In this document: positions 9,058 to 18,230 of the stretch, in pieces
How positions within the stretch are numbered: position 1 is the stretch's first letter
Layout: the number at the start of each line of letters is the position of its first letter
IMG/VR virus record: IMGVR_UViG_3300017992_000015
Location: 85,367 to 149,366 of that record
Reading direction: 5' to 3' (one strand)
DNA length: 64,000 bases
DNA from: a virus
Taxonomy: Duplodnaviria > Heunggongvirae > Uroviricota > Caudoviricetes
Translations under genes and position numbers: made by a program
Notes under the pieces: model-generated
Seen by the model: only the letters and a program-made list of their open reading frames with translations
Databases searched by the model: none
Told to the model about the DNA's origin: nothing

Positions 9058-9063
9058 TATTAT
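9058..9063 (-). promoter_or_regulatory. Candidate -10 element (TATAAT)
   Basis: Perfect TATAAT on the minus strand in a 50-nt intergenic gap of a GC-rich genome. No canonical -35 seen. Confidence 0.45.
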
Positions 9064-9071
9064 ACGCACTA

Positions 9072-11042
9072 TCAGCGTCTTTTGGATACCCCGCCTGGCA
9101 CCCAGCCCGGCATCCCCGTATGGACCTCATCCAGCCCCCGCCGCCCGACGGAAGACGAGTGGACGAACCGTTTTCCCTTGTTCCAGTCGGCCGTATGGTA
9201 CCCGGCCTGCCACACCTGCTCCCCGATCATGTAGTCCCCGCCGTTGTGGCCGAACTGCTCGTCGGGGATGCCCGCGGCGTACATAACCTCAGTTGACAAC
9301 GCCCAGAAGGCCCCGCTTGCGAAAAAGACTTTGTTGCCGTTTGGCGCCTCCCGACGGTTCTTCATCTGGAAGTTCCGGCCCTTGTACCACGGGCGGGAGA
9401 CAATCCAGGCCATCTGGGTGGGGTTGAACGTCGAGTACAGCAGGTCGCCAAACATCCGCGCGCCCCGAGGGTACTCGGCGATGATCTTGTGGCCCAGCTT
9501 GTGGAACCACTTCGGGTCCCGGTTGCAGATCGTGTCATCGTCGAACCAGAGGACCCACTTGTCGGTGATCGGGTCCTCCCGATCGTGGAACATCCGGCGC
9601 ATCACCGGGTACTTCTTGTCGTTGGTCGGATTGATGTAGAGCTTGTGGATCTCGCCGCTGGCATGCAGCGCCTCCAGGTAGTGCCGTGTGCCCGGGCAGA
9701 GGGCGTTACCCCCAACTCGGATCTGCACGCGCGCGGGCGCAGTCGTGCGGATGATGCTGTCGAGGCATGCCTTGTGCATATCGTGGTAGTCGCCGTACAT
9801 GAGGACGCACAGCGTCGCATGGCCCCCGAGGAACTCGTGGTCCCAGGGGTCGGCAACGATCGGCTTCTCCGGGTTGTCGCCTTTCATCACTGCGAAGTTG
9901 TGCAGCATGTCGTCTGGCGGCGGTGTCGGCTGCTGCACCTGCGCCATCAGCTCGTCGATCGGGGCGAACAGATCGAGCGTGGTCTTCGGAACCACGGGCT
10001 GCGGTGGCGGGTCGCCGGTCGGCAGCACGATCTTCTCCTGCGGGTTCTGCGAGATGGGCGGCAGGGTTCCGTCTTCGTAATAGGTCATGACAGCCTCTAC
10101 GACATGGTCAACTGTGATCATTTCAAGGCACTTGGGGATCGTCTGGCCGAACCCGTCGGCGACCGGGAGTTTGCAGTACGACCGGCCCTTGTCCGGCTCA
10201 GCCCTGGTCACCTTGTTCTTCCAGCATCCCCGCCCCTTACAACAGTCTAGCAGATCCTGGGTATGTAGGAATCGGTGAGGTGTCACCACATCCTGGGCAT
10301 ATGGTCCGAAGTGTCTTACTCCGGCGACGTTCACATAGGCTTCCCACCACCAGTGCTCCCGCCCCCCGGCGATCACCACGCATGGTTTGTCGAACACCGC
10401 GGCCACGTGCGCCGCAAACGTCACGTGGCAGATCACGCCGTCCGCGTGTTTGATTAGCCATAACATCTCCCTCAGGTTGGTTTGGTCGACTAGATTAACT
10501 ACGTTACTCAGTTCAGGCTGCCAGTTCTGGGGCGGGCCTTTGTGGGTCGCACCGCACTGGACAACCGTGATGCCCCGCTCGCCGAGCTGGTCGACGACCA
10601 TCTGCCAGCGGCGGGACGACCAGATCTTGCACGTGAAGTCGGATTTTCCGCCCGCGATAACAACCCAGTACCGGCCCTGGATCGGCGGGTTGGATTCCTT
10701 CCACGTGTCGATGTACAGGTCACCCTTCGGATAGAGCACGGGCACTTGGAGCTTCTCGCGTCTGAAGAAGTCACGATGAAATGCCGTGATGAAGTGCAGC
10801 TTGTTAGCCGTGATCTGCCGGATGGCCCAGCCGTAGTCGATCTTGATCTGGCGCAGGCCACGCTGCGGCTTGCTGTAGACCCCGGCGACGTGCGGGTTGT
10901 TCTTCCACAGCGTCTTGGCGTGCGTCGCCACGTGGATCTCGTACTTCCCGGGGTATGCCGCCTGGATGTCCCGTGGCAGCGCCGTCATGCAGACGATGTC
11001 GCCTGGGGCGCAGCCGTGTGTGAGGACGATCTTCTCGGACAT
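9072..11042 (-). CDS. Bifunctional glycosyltransferase: GT9 (heptosyltransferase-like) domain fused to a GT-A/GT2-like domain
   Basis: N-terminal PGDIVCMTA, YWVVIAGGKSDFTCKIW, LVDQTNLREMLWLIKHADGVICHVTFAAHVAAVFDKPCVV (GT9 pattern). Pro-rich linker. C-terminal WVLWFDDDT (DxD) and GAFW. Start reassigned to the ATG at 11042. Confidence 0.85.
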   Translation of the reverse strand: MSEKIVLTHGCAPGDIVCMTALPRDIQAAYPGKYEIHVATHAKTLWKNNPHVAGVYSKPQRGLRQIKIDYGWAIRQITANKLHFITAFHRDFFRREKLQVPVLYPKGDLYIDTWKESNPPIQGRYWVVIAGGKSDFTCKIWSSRRWQMVVDQLGERGITVVQCGATHKGPPQNWQPELSNVVNLVDQTNLREMLWLIKHADGVICHVTFAAHVAAVFDKPCVVIAGGREHWWWEAYVNVAGVRHFGPYAQDVVTPHRFLHTQDLLDCCKGRGCWKNKVTRAEPDKGRSYCKLPVADGFGQTIPKCLEMITVDHVVEAVMTYYEDGTLPPISQNPQEKIVLPTGDPPPQPVVPKTTLDLFAPIDELMAQVQQPTPPPDDMLHNFAVMKGDNPEKPIVADPWDHEFLGGHATLCVLMYGDYHDMHKACLDSIIRTTAPARVQIRVGGNALCPGTRHYLEALHASGEIHKLYINPTNDKKYPVMRRMFHDREDPITDKWVLWFDDDTICNRDPKWFHKLGHKIIAEYPRGARMFGDLLYSTFNPTQMAWIVSRPWYKGRNFQMKNRREAPNGNKVFFASGAFWALSTEVMYAAGIPDEQFGHNGGDYMIGEQVWQAGYHTADWNKGKRFVHSSSVGRRGLDEVHTGMPGWVPGGVSKRR

Positions 11043-11062
11043 TTTATTCCTGTGAATAAAAT

Positions 11063-12139
11063 CTACCACTGCCAGATAGGACAGTGTTCGGTTGCCATCC
11101 GTATCTTGTTGAGGATAGGCTTGTCGCTGACCTGCGTCAAACGACTGGTGACTCCCGGCTCGTCGCCGCGAACGCTCGAGCCGCACGATGTGCACGTGTT
11201 GTCCACTAGATTGGGACACTTGAGGCAGCACTCGTTGTAGATGTAGATCCGCTCCTCGTCGTTCCGCTCCGGCGTGCCGGCGGTGACCCAGTTCTGCATG
11301 GCGAGTACGAACTTGGTCACGTAGTTGGAGGACAACTTGGCGCTCTTCACAGGCGTCCGGGCCATCGGTCCGATCCGCTTCGGCCGGAAGAACGGCAGGT
11401 CGCCGGTGTTGACGATTTCAACGCACACGTCGCCACGTGGTAGCGACACGCCGGACGCCTCCTCTAACCCGTCCAGCTTATGTGCGTTGGCATCGTCGTC
11501 GACTACAGTCATCTGGTTCAAGTGTAGTAGCGTGGGCTCACACCATTCGTACCGGTACGTGGCCAGCTGCGGCAGCGTCTGCAGGCTGTCGGGCAGCTCG
11601 TGCGTGAACTGCGTCGCCTGGTGCGCCCGCCATAGCTTGGACGCGGCTCCGCCGACCAGGTAGAACCGATGCAGCCGTGTCTTCTGGGCGCGCGGCGCCT
11701 CAGTATCCAAGGCGAACCAGGTAGGCCATATCCGCTGGCCCTCTGGCATTGCCGCGCCGCGCGCCGCAACTTCAAAGTCGGACAGCAGTACGCGTGCATC
11801 TGTCTTCAAATAGGGCACCAGGTCCCCGTGAAACACCGCCATGAACCGCTCGGGCTGCGCCAGCGCGTGTTCGATGCACTGGTTGATGAGCAGCGGTACC
11901 CGGTGGGAGATCTGGAAGCCGCCGACGACCTGGGCACCGGTCAGCAACTCGATGCCGAGCTCCTCTGCCTTCACCGGGGTCATCATCTTGGTCCCTGCAG
12001 AGATCCAAGGGTTCGTCCCGAACGGACCCTGCACGGCAACGATGCGTGACACATCGTTCATGTTCTCGCGGATCATCTTCAGCTGCGCCTGCAGCATGTC
12101 TCCGCGGTGCGACAATAGCGTGTAGACAATCGTGGACAT
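11063..12139 (-). CDS. Possible GT-A-fold protein with C-terminal Cys-rich domain
   Basis: N-terminal FMAVFHGDLVP resembles a GT-A metal-binding strand (weak). C-terminal CCLKCPNLVDNTCTSCG...ATEHCPIWQW. TAATG-coupled to the upstream gene. Confidence 0.6.
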   Translation of the reverse strand: MSTIVYTLLSHRGDMLQAQLKMIRENMNDVSRIVAVQGPFGTNPWISAGTKMMTPVKAEELGIELLTGAQVVGGFQISHRVPLLINQCIEHALAQPERFMAVFHGDLVPYLKTDARVLLSDFEVAARGAAMPEGQRIWPTWFALDTEAPRAQKTRLHRFYLVGGAASKLWRAHQATQFTHELPDSLQTLPQLATYRYEWCEPTLLHLNQMTVVDDDANAHKLDGLEEASGVSLPRGDVCVEIVNTGDLPFFRPKRIGPMARTPVKSAKLSSNYVTKFVLAMQNWVTAGTPERNDEERIYIYNECCLKCPNLVDNTCTSCGSSVRGDEPGVTSRLTQVSDKPILNKIRMATEHCPIWQW

Positions 12140-13914
12140 TACGGGAAACTCACACTGACGGTTGGTATCTGGCTCGGACAGTCATCAATGGAAATGTGCA
12201 TCGTGTAGGCGCCGGTCGGCGGGCACCGCGATGCCCCTGACGGCTCGCGCGGCTCGCTCGTCCAGCCCGGCTCCTTGTCGAAGCCGGGCCCACACGACGA
12301 CCCCTGGATGGACACGACCCAGGCGCCGCAGTCACAGGTCAACCAGTACGATGCCTGGATGCACGTGGACGGGAAGTTGGTAGCGAAGTAGTAGCAGTCC
12401 GTGCCCGACCCGGTCTTGGCCAGCGAGATGTTCCCGTTCATCCCACTACAAATGCTGCCGCTCAGCCCCGAGATGCTCAGCGTCGCCGTCGACTGGCAGT
12501 TGCTGCAGTCCGTGAGGCAGTTGCTGCAGCAATCTACCGTGGCGTCACCGCTCCCGGCGCCGTAGTTTGAGTACGAACCGGTTGGCGGATCGCCGATTGC
12601 GACCACGTACATCTGCCAGGCGTACGTGTCATACGGCGTCCCGGGCGGCGTGTCTTGCAGCCACCACGACGGCGAGAACGGATCGTCATCGAAGACGATG
12701 TAGTAGCCCGGCACGTCGCAGCTGGTGTAGTACAGCTGGCCGTTGTACCAGCCGCCCACGTTGTAGATCCCAGTCACGTTCGGCGACATGTTGCCCGTGA
12801 CTTCCAGTCCGGACAGCTCGCAGGCACAGTCGGCGGCGAACGAGGACGACGACGACACCGACACGCTCTCCTGCACCTCGCAGGCGCAGTAATACACGAG
12901 CTCGCCGTAGAACCGTCCCTTGATCGGCGGCGGTCCGGGGTCTTCACCCCCTTCGTACGGCAGCCACTCACCCGGATCGATCTGTGTCGACGTCCCTGGG
13001 AATGGGCATGTTGGGTTGCTGGGGTACGTGATGGCGCACGGATCAGCCGCCTCGTTGCAGGGACACCAGATCCACCCGCCGCAGATCCCGTCGAGCCCGC
13101 AGCCGGCGCCGTCGTCGTTCCAGCCCTCCGGGATCAGCTCGAGATCCATGTCCCACCAGAAGAACGGGAACTCCGGCATGGAGCAGCTGTCCGACGTCTC
13201 CGGTACATACGAGGACATCTCCGTGCTCGTCTCGTCCTGGCAGCAGAAGCCGATGAACACTGTCTCGCCGTAGAACCGGCCGACGATCGGCGGCGGACCG
13301 AGATCCGACGAACCTCCGCGGAAGAGCCATTCGCCAGGCCCCGCGGAATCGCTATCGCAGTTGCCCGGGAACGGGCAGTCACCGATCGAGTTGGACATCT
13401 GGACTTCGCCGCTACATGGACACCATGTCCACGCGCCTTTAGCCCCCGGTCCGGGCGGGTCGTCGGCGAATAGGATATCCGGGACATATCCGCCGGGCGA
13501 GTACGGACCCCAGTCGACGAACCACGGGAACGGCCCGGGCGGCGCGCCGGAGCAGGACCATTCGCCGACGGAGATCTCTGGTTCGTACAAGCTGGTGCTG
13601 CTCTGCTCCGGGTCCGTCGGGCACCGGCAGATCACGACGCCCTCGCCGTAGAACCTCCCGGTGATGCACGGCGGACCGATCGACTCGTCGCCGCAGACAA
13701 ACTCCCAGGTCCCGTCGCCGCCGCACTCCGGCCCGTTGTTCTCCGCAGCCTCACACACCGACGCCTGCATCGAGCAGTGCATCCAGTCCGTATCGCCATC
13801 GCACGGGCACCACCGCCAAACAGCACAGTCCATCGCGACCATGCTGAATTCGGAAGTGCTGATGTGCATGCCGAAATCGAACGTCGGCATCGAGCATGAT
13901 TGTGGTGCGCTCAT
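12139..13914 (-). CDS. Cys-rich, acidic repeat protein (probably virion/baseplate-associated)
   Basis: About 43 Cys by my count, three WxWCPC...GPPxIxGRFYGE repeats, Ser-rich linkers. TAATG-coupled to both neighbours. Confidence 0.7.
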   Translation of the reverse strand: MSAPQSCSMPTFDFGMHISTSEFSMVAMDCAVWRWCPCDGDTDWMHCSMQASVCEAAENNGPECGGDGTWEFVCGDESIGPPCITGRFYGEGVVICRCPTDPEQSSTSLYEPEISVGEWSCSGAPPGPFPWFVDWGPYSPGGYVPDILFADDPPGPGAKGAWTWCPCSGEVQMSNSIGDCPFPGNCDSDSAGPGEWLFRGGSSDLGPPPIVGRFYGETVFIGFCCQDETSTEMSSYVPETSDSCSMPEFPFFWWDMDLELIPEGWNDDGAGCGLDGICGGWIWCPCNEAADPCAITYPSNPTCPFPGTSTQIDPGEWLPYEGGEDPGPPPIKGRFYGELVYYCACEVQESVSVSSSSSFAADCACELSGLEVTGNMSPNVTGIYNVGGWYNGQLYYTSCDVPGYYIVFDDDPFSPSWWLQDTPPGTPYDTYAWQMYVVAIGDPPTGSYSNYGAGSGDATVDCCSNCLTDCSNCQSTATLSISGLSGSICSGMNGNISLAKTGSGTDCYYFATNFPSTCIQASYWLTCDCGAWVVSIQGSSCGPGFDKEPGWTSEPREPSGASRCPPTGAYTMHISIDDCPSQIPTVSVSFP

Positions 13915-14897
13915 TACGGCCCCTTGACGGCGTGTACCGACAGCTCCGGCGGCAGGATCTGCCGGAGCAGGTCCAGATCGATGTCGGCGTGCCGCGTCAT
14001 TATCACGATAGCGTTGCTAGTACTGGGCAAGGTAAGTTGGGTAAACTCGCTAATGTCGTCGCCGCGGCCAGGCTCGTAGACGCGGTACTCGGGGACCAGC
14101 TGTTGGCCGCACAGCAGCTCAGAGCCTCTGTGGAGCCCGTACGCGGCCCTCGGCGGCAAACGGTAGACATTGTGGTCCGTGACCACGAACGGCCCTCTAC
14201 GGTCCTCTGAGAGGCTCTGAACGATCTCCTTGGGCTCCTTTACCAATGGGGTGCCCGTCATGATGGCCAGGATGGCATTGAGCTTGGTCAGTGTGAGCCC
14301 TTCGGACAGCGCATCCATGATGGCATTGATAGTATCTTTGTACTCTTGGCTGGTCGACATACGCAATCCCAGCAGGTAACCGAAGTGGTTGTAGAGATAT
14401 TCGTAGTCGTATTCTGCGCGGAAGCCCCACAGCGCGAGGGTGCCGTCCCCATCTTGGGGGATCAGCGGGTTGTCGAAAGGGTTCTTGCGGAAGGTGATGT
14501 ACCCTTTCTCCACATAAAAGTCAGTGCCCGGACAAAGTACTACGCTAGGTTCTATGATCCTGTTCATCAGCAACCGCACGTCGACCGGCCCAGGAAGTTT
14601 TAGCGTTGCGCACCCTAGACTATCGTTGCGCACCCCGCTGCGGTGTAGTTCGAGCAGCGCCCAGTTCTCAGTGTGGTACAGCGGAATGTCGAATCGTGAC
14701 ACACAAGCTGCCGTCTCGCAGAGATTCAGGTACTCTTGCGTAAAATTTTGCAAAACTGTCTGCGCCATATTCTCAACGACTAAGCCGTCGCCGTAAGTCT
14801 TTGTCCACAAAGAGCCTAGGACACCAAGAATTGTGCTTGGGTCGTGAAAAATACGGGGGTTGTGTGGGGCACCGCTCGGGCTTATGTAAGTGCTCAT
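13914..14897 (-). CDS. Probable baseplate wedge protein
   Basis: Directly after the baseplate J-like gene. The segment DTINAIMDALSEGLTLTKLNAILAIMTGTP resembles gpI/wedge proteins. Confidence 0.5.
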   Translation of the reverse strand: MSTYISPSGAPHNPRIFHDPSTILGVLGSLWTKTYGDGLVVENMAQTVLQNFTQEYLNLCETAACVSRFDIPLYHTENWALLELHRSGVRNDSLGCATLKLPGPVDVRLLMNRIIEPSVVLCPGTDFYVEKGYITFRKNPFDNPLIPQDGDGTLALWGFRAEYDYEYLYNHFGYLLGLRMSTSQEYKDTINAIMDALSEGLTLTKLNAILAIMTGTPLVKEPKEIVQSLSEDRRGPFVVTDHNVYRLPPRAAYGLHRGSELLCGQQLVPEYRVYEPGRGDDISEFTQLTLPSTSNAIVIMTRHADIDLDLLRQILPPELSVHAVKGP

Positions 14898-15025
14898 AGG
14901 ATATACACTACACCCCCTTTGCGTTACACAAAATTCTAAGTCGTTGGCCTGCTTTGAGTTGCGTGTACGGCATTTGTACGTACAGGGGTATGGGGGTAAC
15001 GTCCGAGGGGCCGCTTATGTAAGTG
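14880..15025. repeat. 13-bp direct repeat GCTTATGTAAGTG (14880-14892 and 15013-15025)
   Basis: Two exact copies 133 bp apart around an AT-richer intergenic stretch. The core CTTA-TG-TAAG is an inverted repeat. Confidence 0.7.
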
Positions 15026-15060
15026 GGCAGTTATTCATAAAAGTCTTTAACTATCTCGCG

Positions 15061-16590
15061 CTAACGGTAGTAGTCGATTCGGACTGACTCTGGCTCGCAA
15101 AACATGGCGATCGTCTTGTCGTTTCGCGTGGCCGTCAGGATGTCAGACACGTCAACGAGGGTGTCGTCGTCTCCGTCCAAGTGCTTCACAACTCCATCCA
15201 CGGAGACGTCCTCGAGCTTCACGTTGGGTGGCAGCATTGGGCCGAGCTTGGCCACGATGTCGTTCACAAATAGCTTACCACTAATGCCCTGCGAATTCAC
15301 GAGGTTGGCGACCTCAGACTTGAGAGCGATCTCCAAGTGATCCGTGACGACGTCGTGCGTCTTGTACAGGCTGATGTAGACGGTGACGAAGCACGGTATC
15401 GGCGCGCGGATCAGCACGTCGGCAGCCGGCGGCCGGATATCCGGGTGGTCGATGTGTCTCTGGATCTGGTCAAGCCACGGCATCATCAGCGCCTGGCAGG
15501 TGTACTGCAGATCCTCCGGCGGGTTGGGGTCCTTGAACTTGATCTGCCCACGCTGGTAGCACGTGTAGACGGCGTCCCTGGTAGCCAGAACGGTCGTGCC
15601 GTTCCGCCCGCCTGCGTGCTCGTCGATGAGGCGTATGTCTTTGCGGATTGGGATGTGGGGCTCCTGCAGGCCTTGGCTGAGCTGCCGCAAGTTCTGGATG
15701 CGGTAGTAGCCCGGGGCGTCCGACGCGTCGATGTTGATGGCGTAGAGGTTGTCCGGCCCGATCTCCTTCGCTGTCTTCAGCAGGTGCCGCACCACAGGGT
15801 ATTTGGCCGACCTGACGTAGATGTCAATCTTCCCGCCGTGCCCGCCGTCCCTGGTCATCTCCTTGTCGTTGGCGCCGACCACGGACACATCCTCTACCGT
15901 GCTGCAGTCGTGGTTGATGCCGCGGATTAGCGATGTAATTGTCTGGCGGTTAGCGAACCCAGGCGGGGCCGCACGGGTTTTCAGCTGCTGGGCCAGGTCA
16001 GCAGTGCTCGCTGCCGACTCACCGCCCTCGAAGTCCTCGATCGCCCACGCCTCGACGAAGCCGGTCGGCGGATGCAGCGGGGCCAGCTTGGTGTTGGCGC
16101 GCAGCTTGCTGCCCGGGCCTGGGTGCATTGCGTGGACGTTGATGTCGTAGATCCAGCGGTTGTTGTCGACAGGCACCGGTTCGACCTCTGTGTGCACGTC
16201 CACTTCGAAGTGGTTGCCGCCGCTGATCCAGCGGTTGTCTTTGGAGAAGATCTGCCGGTCTGGGCGGTCGAAGACTACCAGCACGCGGCCAGAAGCGAAG
16301 CCGGCCGGGTCCCGCTGGATGCCGAAGCTGTTCAACCATCCGTCGGTGACCTCCCGGTAGGTGCGGGAGGGGTCCTCTTCGACCAGCGCCAGGCTCAGCG
16401 ATCGGCGGAACCGCTCGATCATCTCCAGATTCGCAGCATGCATAACGGCATGCATACCGGTCACCAGCTCTCCGAGCATGCCCCGGTCCAGCTCCATGTC
16501 CGGATAGCGCTCCTGGAGGAACTGTTGGGCGAATTCACGCGCTTTGTCGACGGTCTCCGGCGGGAGATCGTTCAGATGCGGGAGTTCCAT
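15061..16590 (-). CDS. Baseplate J-like wedge protein
   Basis: ASGRVLVVFD, FEGGESAASTADL, VEDVSVVG...GGKIDIYVR follow the baseplate J/gp47 pattern. Located after the gp25-like gene. Start at MELPHL. Confidence 0.75.
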   Translation of the reverse strand: MELPHLNDLPPETVDKAREFAQQFLQERYPDMELDRGMLGELVTGMHAVMHAANLEMIERFRRSLSLALVEEDPSRTYREVTDGWLNSFGIQRDPAGFASGRVLVVFDRPDRQIFSKDNRWISGGNHFEVDVHTEVEPVPVDNNRWIYDINVHAMHPGPGSKLRANTKLAPLHPPTGFVEAWAIEDFEGGESAASTADLAQQLKTRAAPPGFANRQTITSLIRGINHDCSTVEDVSVVGANDKEMTRDGGHGGKIDIYVRSAKYPVVRHLLKTAKEIGPDNLYAINIDASDAPGYYRIQNLRQLSQGLQEPHIPIRKDIRLIDEHAGGRNGTTVLATRDAVYTCYQRGQIKFKDPNPPEDLQYTCQALMMPWLDQIQRHIDHPDIRPPAADVLIRAPIPCFVTVYISLYKTHDVVTDHLEIALKSEVANLVNSQGISGKLFVNDIVAKLGPMLPPNVKLEDVSVDGVVKHLDGDDDTLVDVSDILTATRNDKTIAMFCEPESVRIDYYR

Positions 16591-16600
16591 TGTGCTTCCT

Positions 16601-17020
16601 TTATACTGCAATCGGTAAGACGATATCCATCTGGTCCACGTGACTCTCGATGGTGATGTGCAGATGCATTTGTCCTGGCATCAGCTCGATCTTGTTGAGC
16701 GTCGAGTCCTTGTAGAGCTCGTCCGGCGGATCGGTCGGCCGCTGCTCGCTCTCCAACGCGCCGCGTACCATAGCCCTGGACAGCGCGAAGCCGCCCACCA
16801 CGTCCATCTCTGACCGCATCATACCCTTTCGGAGCTGCGGCATAAAGTAGGTGCCGTACGGGATCCGACGATGCTTGTACAGCTTGGAGTCCGGGTCCTG
16901 CAGGAAAGCGATCAGCCAGCGCTGTACCAGCTTCCTGATGCCGGAGATCGGCACGCCGGTCAGTCCGGCCGCGGTCACCATGCCGTCGGGCTCGACGTGC
17001 CAGAGCTCAATGTCATACAT
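16601..17020 (-). CDS. gp25-like baseplate wedge / sheath initiator
   Basis: ISGIRKLVQRWLIAFLQDPDS...PYGT pattern, 139 aa, immediately before baseplate J. Confidence 0.6.
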   Translation of the reverse strand: MYDIELWHVEPDGMVTAAGLTGVPISGIRKLVQRWLIAFLQDPDSKLYKHRRIPYGTYFMPQLRKGMMRSEMDVVGGFALSRAMVRGALESEQRPTDPPDELYKDSTLNKIELMPGQMHLHITIESHVDQMDIVLPIAV

Positions 17021-17029
17021 CCTGCACTC

Positions 17030-17449
17030 CTACGACTTGAACGTGTCATCCACGTGCTTCCAGACAGAGCCCTTGTGGACGCCATCGGCAATGCCGTGGG
17101 CCTTCTTGCGCCCGGCCAGGTGGGAGAACGGGCGGCAGGCGGTGCGGTGGCGCTCGCGGAAGGCCCGCTCCATCATACCCATGTAACAGATCTGCATGTT
17201 GGTGCCCATGACCACCCGGACATGGTCCTCGCCGCTGCCATTGTACTCAGCAGCGTAGTTTGCATTCAGTGTGCTGCGGTCGAACCCGTCCTCCAGCGAC
17301 TGGATGTCGGTCGGATCGTGCGAGCTTGCGTTGGTGGGGATCATCCACAGACGCTGCGTACCGTCCTGGGTCAGATACTTGTGCGTCTTGTCCGCAAAGC
17401 TCTGCATGTCGTCCATCAGCTGCGTGAAGTTGGTGTCGGGCGTTGCCAT
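17030..17449 (-). CDS. Hypothetical protein (baseplate region)
   Basis: 139-aa ORF on the coding strand between the sigma and gp25-like genes. Confidence 0.6.
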   Translation of the reverse strand: MATPDTNFTQLMDDMQSFADKTHKYLTQDGTQRLWMIPTNASSHDPTDIQSLEDGFDRSTLNANYAAEYNGSGEDHVRVVMGTNMQICYMGMMERAFRERHRTACRPFSHLAGRKKAHGIADGVHKGSVWKHVDDTFKS

Positions 17450-17489
17450 GAGATCACCTGTAAGTCGTAATATTTGTCGAGTTAAGCGC

Positions 17490-18230
17490 CTAGATCATGT
17501 CTAACTCGTCACGTTTGTCGAGTTTGGCCTGGATCTGCGCCATCCGGTGGCTGACTGCCGCCGGGCTGATCTTGAGCATCCTGGCGACCTGGCTGGGCTT
17601 GTGCGGCTTGTGGCCATGCATCCCCAGCACACGCTCCATGATGTACTGGTTGGTCTCGTCGATGTCGTCGTAGACCAGCTCCAGCCACGCACTGTCGTCC
17701 TCCACCATCGGCTTGACGCTCGGATCGTACCCGCCGCCACCCTCCTCAGTCATCTGGGTGATCGTGCTGGCCGCCATCGGCCGGGTGCCGCTGCGGATGT
17801 ACTCAAGCCGCTTGACCGACAGGCCGGTGAAGTTCGCCAGCTCCTTGTCCGACGGCGGACGACCGAGGTCATCCTCGAGCTCCTTGTACGCGGCCTCCGT
17901 CTGCATCTGGTCGAGCGCCACCTGCTCCGGCATCCGTACGATCTGCCGCTGCTGCGCGGCGGTCCGGCGGAGACGCTGCAGCCGCGTCATCAGGTGCGAT
18001 GTCAGCGGGGCCTTGCTGGGGTCGTATGTGCCCATTGCCTCGATGGCCATCTTCTTGGCCTGGGATTTCAGCGTGACACTGGAGGCCGACGGACCGCCGT
18101 AGGCACGCATCGCCGAGTCGAGCACCGGGTTTACGGCCTTAAGCATGGCGCCGGTGTTGGTTTTGCTCGGGTCGGCCATCCAGTTGTTGTAGGCGTCCTG
18201 GTATTCTGGTTCGAGCAGGTTCTTTGGCAT
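17490..18230 (-). CDS. Sigma-70-family RNA polymerase sigma factor (group 3, FliA/SigF-like size)
   Basis: Region 2 AMGTYDPSKAPLTSHLMTRL, IVRMPE, region 3 ELEDDLGRPPSDKELANFTGLS, region 4 HTH KPSQVARMLKISPAAVS. ATG 18230 is TAATG-coupled to the hub gene. Confidence 0.85.
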   Translation of the reverse strand: MPKNLLEPEYQDAYNNWMADPSKTNTGAMLKAVNPVLDSAMRAYGGPSASSVTLKSQAKKMAIEAMGTYDPSKAPLTSHLMTRLQRLRRTAAQQRQIVRMPEQVALDQMQTEAAYKELEDDLGRPPSDKELANFTGLSVKRLEYIRSGTRPMAASTITQMTEEGGGGYDPSVKPMVEDDSAWLELVYDDIDETNQYIMERVLGMHGHKPHKPSQVARMLKISPAAVSHRMAQIQAKLDKRDELDMI

